From: Dehalococcoidia bacterium
Lineage (GTDB): Bacteria > Chloroflexota > Dehalococcoidia > GIF9 > AB-539-J10
NCBI GenBank assembly: GCA_030612025.1
Contig: JAUWOR010000007.1
Span: 1 to 64,000, forward strand
Reading direction: 5' to 3'
DNA length: 64,000 bases
The notes beneath the pieces were generated by a model. That model was given only the letters and a program-made list of their open reading frames with translations. It did not search any database and was not told the DNA's origin. The translations under genes and the position numbers were made by a program. Positions 10,315-20,536 of this stretch are shown here, one piece after another (positions within the stretch are counted from its first letter, which is position 1; the number at the start of each line of letters is the position of its first letter).

Positions 10315-10410
10315 TCGCAGTTCCTTCACGGAGTTTACCCTGAAGCGAGATTCTTCGGTCACTTCGCTCCCTCAGAATGACAAGGAGCGAAGGGTTCAGG
10401 GCTTCGCTTA
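10315..10410. repeat. REP-like cluster (family B, gtcattctgag/gagattcttcg) forming the ileS C-terminus
   Basis: gagattcttcggtcacttcgctccctcagaatgacaaggagcgaaggg; near-identical stretch at about 20438-20495. Confidence 0.75.
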
Positions 10411-13400
10411 ATTGCTAGTAAAACATCACTATTCGAGATGCAATATTTCTCGGTATAAGCCCCGTTGGGAGGGAAACCAGCGATAAGTTCCCGAGATAAT
10501 GTCTCCAGCTTAATATAATCACCAAAAGCGGCTATTACTCGCTCAATTGATTCTTCTGCCTGATAATAACTGGTAATATAGTCAGCAACATCGAAATTAG
10601 CCGCACGGCGCATATTCTGAAGACGGCGCACAATCTCTCTACTTATCCCCTCCGCAGCCAGTTCAGGGGTCAATTCAGTGCTTATAGCTACCGTATACCT
10701 ACCATCGCTGGCTATGCTATAGCCAGGCAGGTCTAAAGAAAATTCTTCAAGATTCTTCGCTTCGCTCGGGATGACAGGAAGCGAAGGGCTCAGAATGACG
10801 AGTTCCTTGACATTTATCTCTTCTTCTATTTCAGTGGCTAACTTGCCTAAAGCTTCACCTTCCTCTTCAGATTCCACCTTGACCATGGCTTTTGCCAAAG
10901 GCTGGCGCACTTTAATCCCTACCTTTGCCCGTGCTGCCCTACCCAAGCTTGCTATTTTCATGGCTAACTTGACATCGTTATTTAGCTTATCATTGATTTT
11001 AGCTTTATCAGCTACAGGGAAATCAGTCAAGTGCACGCTCTCTTTGGCTTCAGGATTAATAGAGCACACCAAATTTTGATAAAGCTCCTCACTAATAAAC
11101 GGCATGAAAGGGGCCAAAAGCTGAGACAAGGTCACCAGACATTGATACAGCGTAGTATAGGCTGCTAACTTGTCCGCATCATTCGCGCTTTTCCAAAATC
11201 GGCGCCGACTTCGTCTCACATACCAATTGGAAAGATCATCAATAAAGCTCTGAATATAGCGCGCCGCCGATGTAGGGTCATAGCTATCCATCGCCTTAGT
11301 TACCTCGACTACAAGCCGATTAAGCTCCGAGATAATCCAATTATCCAGCTCAGCAAAGATAGCTGGGACTGAGAGCCGGGGAACAAAACGGTCAATGTTA
11401 GCATAGAGGACAAAAAAGGAATAAGTATTCCATAAAGTAAGCAAAACTTTCCGCATGGTCTCGGCAACCATTTGAGTAGAGAAGCGATGAATATTTTCCG
11501 CTGGCACGGAAGCTAACAAATACCACCTGAGAACATCAGCGCCATAATCATTAATCACTGTCCAGGGATCAATTACATTGCCCTTGGCCTTGCTCATCTT
11601 CTCACCCTGGGCATCAACAACATGTCCCAAGCAGATAACATTCTTAAAGCAAGGCTGCTCAAAGAGCAAGGTGGATATAGCATGTAAGCTATAAAACCAA
11701 CCTCGGGTTTGGTCAACAGCCTCGCAAATAAAATCAGCGGGGAAGTTTTGCTCAAACTTGTCCCTATTTTCAAAGGGATAATGCCACTGGGCAATAGGCA
11801 TAGCTCCGGAATCAAACCAGCAATCAATTACCTCAGGAACACGCCACATTATCTCGCTGCACTTAGGGCAAAGAAGAGGGATCTCATCAATGGAAGGTCG
11901 GTGAAGATCCTTAAGTCCGTCAGGACTTCTAACTGGCCTCCCGGACAAAATCTCCTCTGTCAATTTCTCTGGTTTTACTTTCCTTAATCTTTCAAACCAT
12001 TCCTGCAGTTCTTTCATGCTTCCAATGCATTCATCATGACCACAACTCTGGCAGCGCCAAATATTAAGTGGAGTCCCCCAATAGCGCTCTCTGGAGAAGG
12101 CCCAATCGACATTGTTCTCCAGCCAATCACCAAAACGACCATACTTAATATGGCTGGGATACCAGTTTATCTCAGCATTGCCAGAAACAAGCCTATCCTT
12201 AACTGCTGTTGTTCTGATGTACCACGCCCTTTTAGCATAGTAGAGAACAGGCGTTTCACACCTCCAGCAAAAGGGATAAGTATGAATAATTCTCTCGCTG
12301 AGATAGAGCAACCCACGTGATTTAAGATCTTCGAGAATAAGAGGATCAGCATCCTTAACAAACTTGCCACTAAAGGGTAACTCGCGAGGAATGCCTACCC
12401 CTGTGAATTCTGGTGCAACCATCGCAGGCAGCTGGTCAGCTTCCCATTCAAATCTTGCCATCCCAACACCATAAGCTGTTGTCATTTGCTCACTCTCTTC
12501 TGATGTGAACCTAGTCCGAAGGTCATATAGATAACCCTTGAGATCGACACAATGAATGAGCGGCAAGCCTTCTCTTTCACCTATCTCTAAATCAATCTCC
12601 CCATACGCAGGAGCAATATGAACGATTCCGGTTCCTTCGTTAAGAGCAACAAAATCGCCCTCAATCATTCGATAAGGTCGTTTACCGTGCCAACCACCTC
12701 CACCAATGTTGCACTTATAAAGCGGGTCATATTCCACTCCTACCAAGTCACTCCCCCTTACCCTTCCTGCCACTTTATAACTCTCTAACCCGACTTGCTT
12801 AAGTAAGGCTGAAGCCAGAATAAGATATTCATTATCTACTTCTACGACAGCATAATCAGCCTCAGGAGCCACCGCCAGAGCAGTGTTGCCGGGCAAAGTC
12901 CAAGGGGTAGTTGTCCAGGCAAGAAAGTAAGCAGGCTTCTCACTTAAAGCCGCGGGCTTAAGAATAGAGCGAAGAACTGAATCTCGCTTCAATAATGAAG
13001 GAATGAAGAGTTTGAACTTTATGTAAACTGAAGGATCCTCAGCATCGTCCCGGTAACCCAGAGCCACCTCATGAGAGCTAAGTGAGGTGCCACATCTAGG
13101 ACAATGCGGCGTTACCTTATAGCCCTGATAAATCAAGCCTTTGTCCCATAGTTTTTTCACTATCCACCAGCAAGACTCAATATAGCCATTGTCCAAAGTT
13201 GTATAGGGATGCTTCATATCCAGCCAATGACCAATGCGCTCAGTCATGGCTTCCCATTCCTTAATGTAGTTAAAGACACTTTCCCGACACTTCTGGTTGA
13301 ACTGCGCCAGCCCATATTGCTCAATTTGAGCCTTGTTGCTGAAACCAAGAGAGCTCTCTACTTCCAGTTCTACAGGCAATCCATGGGTATCCCACCCTGC

Positions 13401-13646
13401 CTTACGTGGCACATGATAACCTTTCATTGTCTTGTAGCGACAAATGATGTCCTTAAATAACCGGGATAGCACATGATGAATCCCAGGACTGCCATTGGCT
13501 GTAGGTGGACCTTCGTAGAAAACATAATGCTGGTTCCCTCTTCTTGCCTCGATGCTTTTGTCAGAAATGCCCTGCTCCTTCCAAAAACGAAGAATGTCTT
13601 GCTCCATTCGAGGAAAATTTACCTTACTACTTACTTTGCGGAACAC
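10359..13646 (-). CDS. ileS: Isoleucine-tRNA ligase, type 2
   Basis: EGPPTANG..GIHH, GWDTHGLP, WTTTPWTLP, DWAFSRERYWGTP, KMSKA. Confidence 0.96.
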   Translation of the reverse strand: MFRKVSSKVNFPRMEQDILRFWKEQGISDKSIEARRGNQHYVFYEGPPTANGSPGIHHVLSRLFKDIICRYKTMKGYHVPRKAGWDTHGLPVELEVESSLGFSNKAQIEQYGLAQFNQKCRESVFNYIKEWEAMTERIGHWLDMKHPYTTLDNGYIESCWWIVKKLWDKGLIYQGYKVTPHCPRCGTSLSSHEVALGYRDDAEDPSVYIKFKLFIPSLLKRDSVLRSILKPAALSEKPAYFLAWTTTPWTLPGNTALAVAPEADYAVVEVDNEYLILASALLKQVGLESYKVAGRVRGSDLVGVEYDPLYKCNIGGGGWHGKRPYRMIEGDFVALNEGTGIVHIAPAYGEIDLEIGEREGLPLIHCVDLKGYLYDLRTRFTSEESEQMTTAYGVGMARFEWEADQLPAMVAPEFTGVGIPRELPFSGKFVKDADPLILEDLKSRGLLYLSERIIHTYPFCWRCETPVLYYAKRAWYIRTTAVKDRLVSGNAEINWYPSHIKYGRFGDWLENNVDWAFSRERYWGTPLNIWRCQSCGHDECIGSMKELQEWFERLRKVKPEKLTEEILSGRPVRSPDGLKDLHRPSIDEIPLLCPKCSEIMWRVPEVIDCWFDSGAMPIAQWHYPFENRDKFEQNFPADFICEAVDQTRGWFYSLHAISTLLFEQPCFKNVICLGHVVDAQGEKMSKAKGNVIDPWTVINDYGADVLRWYLLASVPAENIHRFSTQMVAETMRKVLLTLWNTYSFFVLYANIDRFVPRLSVPAIFAELDNWIISELNRLVVEVTKAMDSYDPTSAARYIQSFIDDLSNWYVRRSRRRFWKSANDADKLAAYTTLYQCLVTLSQLLAPFMPFISEELYQNLVCSINPEAKESVHLTDFPVADKAKINDKLNNDVKLAMKIASLGRAARAKVGIKVRQPLAKAMVKVESEEEGEALGKLATEIEEEINVKELVILSPSLPVIPSEAKNLEEFSLDLPGYSIASDGRYTVAISTELTPELAAEGISREIVRRLQNMRRAANFDVADYITSYYQAEESIERVIAAFGDYIKLETLSRELIAGFPPNGAYTEKYCISNSDVLLAIKRSPEPFAPCHSEGAK

Positions 13647-13649
13647 GGG

Positions 13650-14276
13650 CTAGCCTCGTTTCAGCAGAATAACTACTTTTCTATCTTCGCCCTCTCCTAC
13701 ACTGTGAGTGACAACATCAGGATGATTAGCCAAAGCTAGATGAATAATACGGCGCTCATCAGGTGGCATTGGCTCCAAAGTCATAGCACGGTGTCTTAAT
13801 TTTACCTGCTCTGCCAACCTCAAGGCCAGTTTTTGCAAAGAATCACGGCGGCGTTTTTTATACCCACAAATATCAATACTTAATGGCAACCAAGCCTCTA
13901 ACCGTCCCGCTACTATGAGTCTAACGATGTATTGCAAGCAAGTTAAAGTCTGACCTCGTCGCCCAATCAAAATACCTAAATCATCACCCTCAATATCCAA
14001 AGCTATTGGTATCTCACCAGATGAGGCTTTAATAGCACCTGTTACCTCCATTAACCCCAGCAAGTTCTCCAACACCTCTATAGCTACTCTGACTATATCT
14101 TTTTCCAGCGGAACTAGTGGTTTTACTCTGATTAAGGCTCCTTCGCCCCTAAAAATTCCCGATTTGCCCTCTTTAACAACCACTGTTTCAAATTGATCAC
14201 GACCTATCCCCAGCCGCTTTTCTGCCTCCTCAGTTGCCTGCTCTACTGTCTTGGCAGTTATCTCCAACTCTTCCAT
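13650..14276 (-). CDS. jag: Jag/EloR RNA-binding protein (KH + R3H)
   Basis: LIGRRGQTL KH motif, ERRIIH R3H; follows yidC. Confidence 0.92.
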   Translation of the reverse strand: MEELEITAKTVEQATEEAEKRLGIGRDQFETVVVKEGKSGIFRGEGALIRVKPLVPLEKDIVRVAIEVLENLLGLMEVTGAIKASSGEIPIALDIEGDDLGILIGRRGQTLTCLQYIVRLIVAGRLEAWLPLSIDICGYKKRRRDSLQKLALRLAEQVKLRHRAMTLEPMPPDERRIIHLALANHPDVVTHSVGEGEDRKVVILLKRG

Positions 14277-14336
14277 CTTTTAAGTTCTCACTTTAGCAAT
14301 TTGCTTCCATGCAGCCTAATGTCGTTTTTACCTTGC

Positions 14337-15104
14337 TCACCACTTGTCTCTCTGCCTTGGCATTGATTGCCTAGCGGTGGAAGATTTTAAGTAACCCCAG
14401 CCACCACCAATGAAATATTGAGTCGCAATACCAATCACAGTGGAAACCAGCCAAAAGAGAGCTAAACCACTGGGAAACATCATGCAAAGCATACCAAACA
14501 TAAACGGCATCATTAATGTCATCATCCTACTCATGGATTGCTGCCTTGGGTCAGTAGATGGTGCAGTGGTCATTTTCTGCTGCACCCACATCGAGACGCC
14601 AACTAGAATGGGTAGGATTAAATAATGGTCAGTCTGACCTAAATCAAGCCACAAAAAATGACTATTTAAGGGAAGTGCCTGATTCGCTATCTGCCAGAAA
14701 TAAAGATGTCGAGATAGATCCAGTAAGTTCTCCGGCGTGGTAGCCAGGGCTCTCATAATAGATTGATAAAGAGCAATCCAGAAAGGAAGCTGAACTAGCA
14801 TAGGCCATATACAACCTATAGGGTTCACTCCCGCCTCTTTATAGACTTTCATCATCTCTTGCTGAAGTTTCTGTTTATTCTTGGCATATTTCTTTTGCAG
14901 CTCCTGAATCTTGGGCTGCATGCTTTGCATAGCTTTAGTAGACTTGAGTTGCCTTAAGGTGAGGGGCGTGAGTATCAAACGAACCACAATAGTAAGGATA
15001 ATAATGGCCAAACCAAACTCCACTGCTTTAGGTAGAAGGCTTGATAAAGCAATCAAGCCATTAAGCATTGGGTCAACTATAATTAAATTCCACAAGTATG
15101 TCAT
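14337..15104 (-). CDS. yidC: Membrane protein insertase YidC
   Basis: GLAIIILT..VRL, MQPKIQELQKKY, NPIGC.PMLVQLP, PSGLALFW. Confidence 0.95.
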   Translation of the reverse strand: MTYLWNLIIVDPMLNGLIALSSLLPKAVEFGLAIIILTIVVRLILTPLTLRQLKSTKAMQSMQPKIQELQKKYAKNKQKLQQEMMKVYKEAGVNPIGCIWPMLVQLPFWIALYQSIMRALATTPENLLDLSRHLYFWQIANQALPLNSHFLWLDLGQTDHYLILPILVGVSMWVQQKMTTAPSTDPRQQSMSRMMTLMMPFMFGMLCMMFPSGLALFWLVSTVIGIATQYFIGGGWGYLKSSTARQSMPRQRDKW

Positions 15105-15115
15105 AATTGCAAATC

Positions 15116-16285
15116 TTACTTAATTGTCAGAGGGAATCTCCAGTTTGTTTTCCCCTTGCCCACATCCATAGCGTATAGACAGTTATCCTGGGCACGGATA
15201 TAGACTATGCCTTCCTGGATGCAAAGAGACCCCTGAATGGGAGCATCGATGGATACTTCATTAATCAGCTTACCATTAAATATATCAAGCGCATACACCT
15301 CGCCTGAGTCACAAGCTACCACCAGCAAATCATCTGCTAAGGCTGGTGAAGAAACAATGGGACTTCCAGCATCAAATTCCCACAAATCGTTACCCGTCTT
15401 CGAGTCAATAGCATAAACTTTGCCATCGAGGCAGCCAGCATAAACAACACCATTGGCTACCACGGGAGCAGCCCAAAACCAATTATCTCCAGGGAATTTC
15501 CACAATGGCTCATTATCGCCTACCCTTACAGCATATAGGTTACGGTCAAATGAACCAGCAAATATAGTGTTTTCATAAAGCACTGGAGAAGAGACAAATC
15601 CCGCTTCCGCTTCGAAAGCCCAAGGCAATAGGCTACCATCCTTAGCTGATAAAGCATAAATATGCCCGTCAAAGGTACTCACATACACAGTTTCCTCTTT
15701 TAGCACTGGTGTTATCCATAACTTGTCACCTAATGGGTCAGATTTCCACTTTTCATCACCATAGGTCATATCCAAAGCATAGACCCTGCCATCTGAACTG
15801 CACACATAGACAGTATCATCGGCTGCCACAGGGCTACCTACAATAGGCTCGATTACATCCTCGGTCCTAGGGTAAGCCCACTCACCACTTCTTGTCTGAG
15901 GAAAAGGCAAATTCTGGCTCCTGGCTGAAGGGCTCATCATCAAGACTTTACCATTATAGGTGCCAATACAAACCGATTCACCAACTACAACAGGTGTGCC
16001 ATATATATTGACTGGCACAGATGAGGGGCCACATGATATGCCTTTAGAGGGCATAGTAATAGCAAAAGACCACTCCCCATCGGAAGAGGGAAACGACATT
16101 TCCTGATTTCGAGCCGAGGGGTTTACTGCCACTATTTTGCCATCTGTGGAACCTAAATAGAGAATTCCATCATAAGAAATAACTCCAGAGAATCCTAGAG
16201 GCTTTTGTTGTCCTCCTATACAACCACCAGCGCTTAAGGCAAGGAAACAAAAAATGCCAAGGAAAATTAATATTTTAATCCTCAT
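15116..16285 (-). CDS. PQQ-like beta-propeller repeat lipoprotein (BamB-like)
   Basis: Repeated VY.GS.DG.VYALD..G..W units; lipobox-like AGGC. Confidence 0.85.
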   Translation of the reverse strand: MRIKILIFLGIFCFLALSAGGCIGGQQKPLGFSGVISYDGILYLGSTDGKIVAVNPSARNQEMSFPSSDGEWSFAITMPSKGISCGPSSVPVNIYGTPVVVGESVCIGTYNGKVLMMSPSARSQNLPFPQTRSGEWAYPRTEDVIEPIVGSPVAADDTVYVCSSDGRVYALDMTYGDEKWKSDPLGDKLWITPVLKEETVYVSTFDGHIYALSAKDGSLLPWAFEAEAGFVSSPVLYENTIFAGSFDRNLYAVRVGDNEPLWKFPGDNWFWAAPVVANGVVYAGCLDGKVYAIDSKTGNDLWEFDAGSPIVSSPALADDLLVVACDSGEVYALDIFNGKLINEVSIDAPIQGSLCIQEGIVYIRAQDNCLYAMDVGKGKTNWRFPLTIK

Positions 16286-16307
16286 TGCAATACATTAGAG
16301 CCCATAA

Positions 16308-16520
16308 CTAAGGCATAGGGTCATAACCACCTTTAGAGAAAGGATTGCATCGAGCTAACCTCTTAGCTACTAGCCAGCTACCTTTGATAAATCCATACCT
16401 CTTAATCGCCTCGCAGGCGTAGTGCGAGCATGTTGGCTGGAAGCGGCAAGAATGAGGGGTAACCTCTGATATCGTCGCCTGATATAATTTAATTAACTTT
16501 AGCGCTAGCTGTTTCATCAC
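16308..16520 (-). CDS. yidD: Membrane protein insertion efficiency factor
   Basis: CRFQPTCSHY, RCNPFSKGGYDP. Confidence 0.95.
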   Translation of the reverse strand: MMKQLALKLIKLYQATISEVTPHSCRFQPTCSHYACEAIKRYGFIKGSWLVAKRLARCNPFSKGGYDPMP

Positions 16521-16851
16521 CCTCTGTAATTAGCCCTGCTTGGGTTAGCAACTTAATTACTGCCTTTTCCAGTTGATGGTAATCAGCAGTAACTGCCTCT
16601 CGACGAACGACAAAGACGATGTCCCATCCCGGCTTTACCAATTGCAAATGTATTACTTCTTTAAGCAACCTCTTCAAACGATTGCGCTGTACCGCCTTAC
16701 CCACTTTCTTAGTTACAGAAAAGCCATATCTACTCAAGTTCAATCCGTTAGGCAGCGCTTTCATCACAATTAAACTATCTATATATGTGCTCCCTTGCTG
16801 GTAAACTAGAGCATACTGTGCTCGCTTAGTTAAAGCCCAAGGCCCCCTCAT
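16489..16851 (-). CDS. rnpA: RNase P protein component
   Basis: RYGFSVTKKVGKAVQRNRLKR. Confidence 0.95.
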   Translation of the reverse strand: MRGPWALTKRAQYALVYQQGSTYIDSLIVMKALPNGLNLSRYGFSVTKKVGKAVQRNRLKRLLKEVIHLQLVKPGWDIVFVVRREAVTADYHQLEKAVIKLLTQAGLITEGDETASAKVN

Positions 16852-16860
16852 GAAATGTAA

Positions 16861-17001
16861 CTAAGCTGGAGTCAACCTCCATCGCCCCTTAAGACGTCTC
16901 GCCTTAAGCACCTTCCGCCCATCACGAGAAGCCATTCGGGCGCGGAAGCCCAATTTACGTCTGCGGGAAATTTTCTTTGGCTGGTAAGTACGTTTTGGCA
17001 T
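16861..17001 (-). CDS. rpmH: 50S ribosomal protein L34 (not in ORF track)
   Basis: Hand translation [46 protein letters not shown]; upstream of rnpA. Confidence 0.95.
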   Translation of the reverse strand: MPKRTYQPKKISRRRKLGFRARMASRDGRKVLKARRLKGRWRLTPA

Positions 17002-17022
17002 GCAGTTCCTTCAAGAGACTTA

Positions 17023-17301
17023 TTAACGTAGACCTACACCCCCCGTCTTCCAAATATGGCTTGGGGCATAAGGTAATAGAGCTAAAAATCGAGCCCTCTT
17101 TATAGCATGTGCCAAACGCCGCTGGTGCTTAGCACAAGCCCTAGTTCTCCGCCGCGATTCAATCTTGCCACGACCGGAAATATATTGAGACAACATAGAA
17201 ACATTCTTGTAATCTATATTTATTTTTTCAGTACAAAAGGGGCAAATTGCTGGCCTGGGAATATAATTTCTCGGTTTTCTCGCTCTCCTACGATTAATCA
17301 A
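17023..17301 (-). CDS. rpsR: 30S ribosomal protein S18
   Basis: [32 protein letters not shown]. Confidence 0.95.
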   Translation of the reverse strand: MINRRRARKPRNYIPRPAICPFCTEKINIDYKNVSMLSQYISGRGKIESRRRTRACAKHQRRLAHAIKRARFLALLPYAPSHIWKTGGVGLR

Positions 17302-17708
17302 CTTCCAATTCCTTCACTCTGCTCAAAAGGTATGTCCTCAGGTTCAAGCTCGCCCTCTTCTGGAAGAGGAGCCAAAGCTCGCTGACCAAGAAAAAGCACC
17401 CGATTTGCAGTTACCTCAAGGCTAGTGCGCATCTGCCCATCTTGGCCTTGCCAGTTGCGCGCGTGCAATCTTCCTTCGACATAAACCTGCCTTCCTTTGG
17501 TTACGAACTGATTACAACTCTCCGCTTGCTTGCCAAAAACAGTAATTCTAAACCAATCGGTTTCCTCCCTGCTCTCCCCTGCAGAAGTAGTGTAACGATA
17601 ATTAGTAGCTAGGCGAAAAGAGGTAACCGCTTTGCCATTAGGTGTAAACCTCATCTCAGGATCACTACCTAAATTGCCAATGAGTATTACTTTGCTTAAG
17701 CTTGCCAT
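17298..17708 (-). CDS. ssb: Single-stranded DNA-binding protein
   Basis: [29 protein letters not shown] tail. Confidence 0.95.
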   Translation of the reverse strand: MASLSKVILIGNLGSDPEMRFTPNGKAVTSFRLATNYRYTTSAGESREETDWFRITVFGKQAESCNQFVTKGRQVYVEGRLHARNWQGQDGQMRTSLEVTANRVLFLGQRALAPLPEEGELEPEDIPFEQSEGIGS

Positions 17709-17709
17709 A

Positions 17710-18009
17710 TCAATCACCCACTTTCACTATAAGCTGCCGTAGAATTTCTTCGGAAGCCACAAGATCTGCTTCGAGTGCCTTAACCAATTTCGGCTCTAAC
17801 TTGAAGCGAGTCAAAATGTAATCACCTTCCATAAATTTCTTTATAGGATAAGCTAACTTCCTTCTCCCCCGCTGCTCTGTCTCCTCCACAATCCCATTTC
17901 TGTCGCTAATAAACCGATTCACTTTTTCCACCACCTTGGGCAACTCTTCTCCGTCAACCTCAGGGCTAATTACAATCACTAATTCGTAATTACGCATTGT
18001 TAGATTCAC
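17710..18009 (-). CDS. rpsF: 30S ribosomal protein S6
   Basis: MRNYELV, GRRKLAYPIKK. Confidence 0.95.
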   Translation of the reverse strand: MNLTMRNYELVIVISPEVDGEELPKVVEKVNRFISDRNGIVEETEQRGRRKLAYPIKKFMEGDYILTRFKLEPKLVKALEADLVASEEILRQLIVKVGD

Positions 18010-18023
18010 CCCATTATAGCATG

Positions 18024-18758
18024 CTAATAACCATAATTTAAGCGAAGAACCAGTGGTAAAGGCAATTTGTGCTCCATCATTTTCTTTTGGGTAACAGTTA
18101 TATCATAATTAACACGACAATGATACATGATTTGAGCTTCATTGTCATAGAGAGCATAACTCGCTCTGGGGTCGCCATCGCGAGGCTGTCCCACACCGCC
18201 AGGATTAATAATTAAGCGACGGTTTTTAGATCCCAATCTTAGTGCACTAGGAGTTTTTGCCGCAAAACATTTGCCATCTTTATTTTGCCCAAAAATTAGT
18301 GGCACGTGAGAGTGCGCCACGAGGCAGAAATTGGTATCAAAATAGCCAAAATTATCACGAGCGGCATTCACCGATAGCAGATATTCCCAGATGGGCTGAC
18401 GGGGACTCCCGTGAACCAGAGTAAAGTCGTCTCGCCTTAATTTAATAGCGAGGCCCTGTAAGTAATTTACATCCTCTGCAGTTAGCTGCTGTGCTGTCCA
18501 CTGGCAAGCTTGGGCAGCGTCCAGGTTAAAATCTGAGGTATCAATCTTGCCAATAGCAGCCCAATCGTGATTGCCAGCAACAGAGATATGTTTGTACCGC
18601 CGCAAAAGCTCAATGCAAGCATGAGGTTCAGGACCATATCCCACTATGTCTCCTAGACACCATATTTCATCAAATCCCCCTTTAGCTTCAATGTCCTCAA
18701 ACACAGCTTCGAAAGCAGCTAAATTAGCATGAATATCACCAAGAATGGCATACTTCAT
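18024..18758 (-). CDS. Metallophosphoesterase family protein
   Basis: DIHAN, LGDIVGYGP, GNHD, HGSP, NPGGVGQPRDG. Confidence 0.9.
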   Translation of the reverse strand: MKYAILGDIHANLAAFEAVFEDIEAKGGFDEIWCLGDIVGYGPEPHACIELLRRYKHISVAGNHDWAAIGKIDTSDFNLDAAQACQWTAQQLTAEDVNYLQGLAIKLRRDDFTLVHGSPRQPIWEYLLSVNAARDNFGYFDTNFCLVAHSHVPLIFGQNKDGKCFAAKTPSALRLGSKNRRLIINPGGVGQPRDGDPRASYALYDNEAQIMYHCRVNYDITVTQKKMMEHKLPLPLVLRLNYGY

Positions 18759-18834
18759 GGGAGCAAACTATAGCATTTACCAGCCAAATTGTTAAAGTTG
18801 AGGTCACGATAAAGCCAATGCTATAATTTCAAGG

Positions 18835-19863
18835 ATGAAGCTATTGGAGTTAGGGGAATTTGGTTTAATCAACCTCATACGTAACATCACTGACAAATTC
18901 AAGAATCCTCAACAAGCTTCCTGGCAGCAACTCTTGGTTGGCATTGGTGATGATGCGGCAGCGTGGCAAAGTGATAACCGCATCCAGTTGGCTACCACAG
19001 ATAGTTTAGTCCAAGGTATACACTTCGACCTAAACACCGTTACATGGGAGGAATTAGGTTGGAAGGCGCTGGCGGTAAATTTAAGCGATATAGCCGCTAT
19101 GGGTGGCATTCCCAAATATGCCTTAGTCTCTTTAGCAGCACCTGGTGAACTTGAAGTAGAAAATATTACCAAATTTTGCCATAGCATGGCATGCCTAGCC
19201 ACAGAATTTGGGGTAGCTATAGTCGGTGGCAACCTTGCTGCCGCCCCTAATATAGTTATCACTATCGCTATCCTAGGCCACTCAAAAGGCAAATCGATAC
19301 TTAAGAGGTCAACAGCAACACCCGGTGAGCAAATAGCTGTCACAGGATGGCTAGGATTATCAGCAGCTGGCCTGGAAATGTTTAAGGGGAAAATGAGCTT
19401 TGACCCTGAAACAACCAGTATCTTGAGACGTGGTCATCTTCAGCCTACGCCTAGAGTAAAAGAGGGACAGATCTTAGTCGAGCAGAGAGTCAAGACTACC
19501 ATAGATATAAGCGACGGATTGATTGCTGACCTTGACCACATTTGCCAAGCTAGCAAGGTCAGTGCCAAAATAAGAATGGAGCAAGTGCCCACACATCCAC
19601 TAGTCAAGGTTAATTTCCCAAACTATCGTGAGTTAGCTCTATATGGGGGAGAGGACTATGAACTGCTTTTTACCGCTAACAAGACTATTATGGACAAAGT
19701 CAGACAGGCTCTAAATTGTCCCGTGACTGTAATCGGTGACATAGTAGAAGAAACGTTGCCAAATCGAGTGACGTTGCTAAATAGCAAAGGAAATGTTATC
19801 CCCCTTAAAAAGGGGGGCTGGGAGCACTTCCGGGATGAATCTCCTAAAGGTGAAATCGCATAG
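18835..19863 (+). CDS. thiL: Thiamine-monophosphate kinase
   Basis: GEFGLI, GIGDDAA, NLSDIAAMGG, DISDGL, GGEDYELLFT, GWEHF. Confidence 0.95.
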   Translation: MKLLELGEFGLINLIRNITDKFKNPQQASWQQLLVGIGDDAAAWQSDNRIQLATTDSLVQGIHFDLNTVTWEELGWKALAVNLSDIAAMGGIPKYALVSLAAPGELEVENITKFCHSMACLATEFGVAIVGGNLAAAPNIVITIAILGHSKGKSILKRSTATPGEQIAVTGWLGLSAAGLEMFKGKMSFDPETTSILRRGHLQPTPRVKEGQILVEQRVKTTIDISDGLIADLDHICQASKVSAKIRMEQVPTHPLVKVNFPNYRELALYGGEDYELLFTANKTIMDKVRQALNCPVTVIGDIVEETLPNRVTLLNSKGNVIPLKKGGWEHFRDESPKGEIA

Positions 19864-20374
19864 CCCAGAGCAAACTCAGCTTCTAGGAAACTACCTAGGC
19901 AAGCTAGCTCAAAGAGGCGATATTTTTCTTCTTGTGGGTGATTTAGGAACAGGCAAAACTTGCCTTGTCCAGGGCATGGCATATGGATTAGGCACAAAGG
20001 AGTACGCTTTCAGTCCATCTTTTGTCATAGTCAGGGAGTACCATGGTAGGCTTCCCCTGTACCATGTTGATTTCTATCGCCTCGACCATATTGGCGAAAT
20101 TGCTGACTTGGGGCTAGAGGAATACTTCTATGGCGATGGAGTCTCCGTAGTTGAATGGGCAGAAAAGGGGCTACAAGTACTACCCCAGAACAATTTGCTT
20201 ATAGAATTAAACTACGTCTCCAATTGTGAAACACAACGCGCTATTAGTCTTAAACCTAGGGGTGAGCACTACTTAGAATTAATAAAACAGCTTAAATCGA
20301 CTTTAAGCAGGGTGTTTAACTGTCACCCGGAACAAAGTGAAGGGTCTCTAGATTCTTCGCGGAGCCTGTCCTGA
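19835..20374 (+). CDS. tsaE: tRNA t6A biosynthesis ATPase TsaE
   Basis: GDLGTGKT, SPSF, HVDFYRL, VEWAE; C-terminus runs into a REP. Confidence 0.93.
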   Translation: MNLLKVKSHSPEQTQLLGNYLGKLAQRGDIFLLVGDLGTGKTCLVQGMAYGLGTKEYAFSPSFVIVREYHGRLPLYHVDFYRLDHIGEIADLGLEEYFYGDGVSVVEWAEKGLQVLPQNNLLIELNYVSNCETQRAISLKPRGEHYLELIKQLKSTLSRVFNCHPEQSEGSLDSSRSLS

Positions 20375-20500
20375 GTGGTGTGAGATTCTTCGTGGAGTTT
20401 ATCCTGGTGAGCCGAAGCTCTGAACGAAGTGAAGAGGAGATTCTTGGGTCGCTTCGCTCCCTTAGAACGACAAGGAGCGAAGGGCTCAGAATGACAAAAG
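20320..20500. repeat. REP-like cluster (family B)
   Basis: Multiple gagattcttcg, cgaagggtctc and cagaatgaca units. Confidence 0.75.
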
Positions 20501-20536
20501 GGAGTGTTAAATAATTGCTCTAAATAAGGAAAAGGT

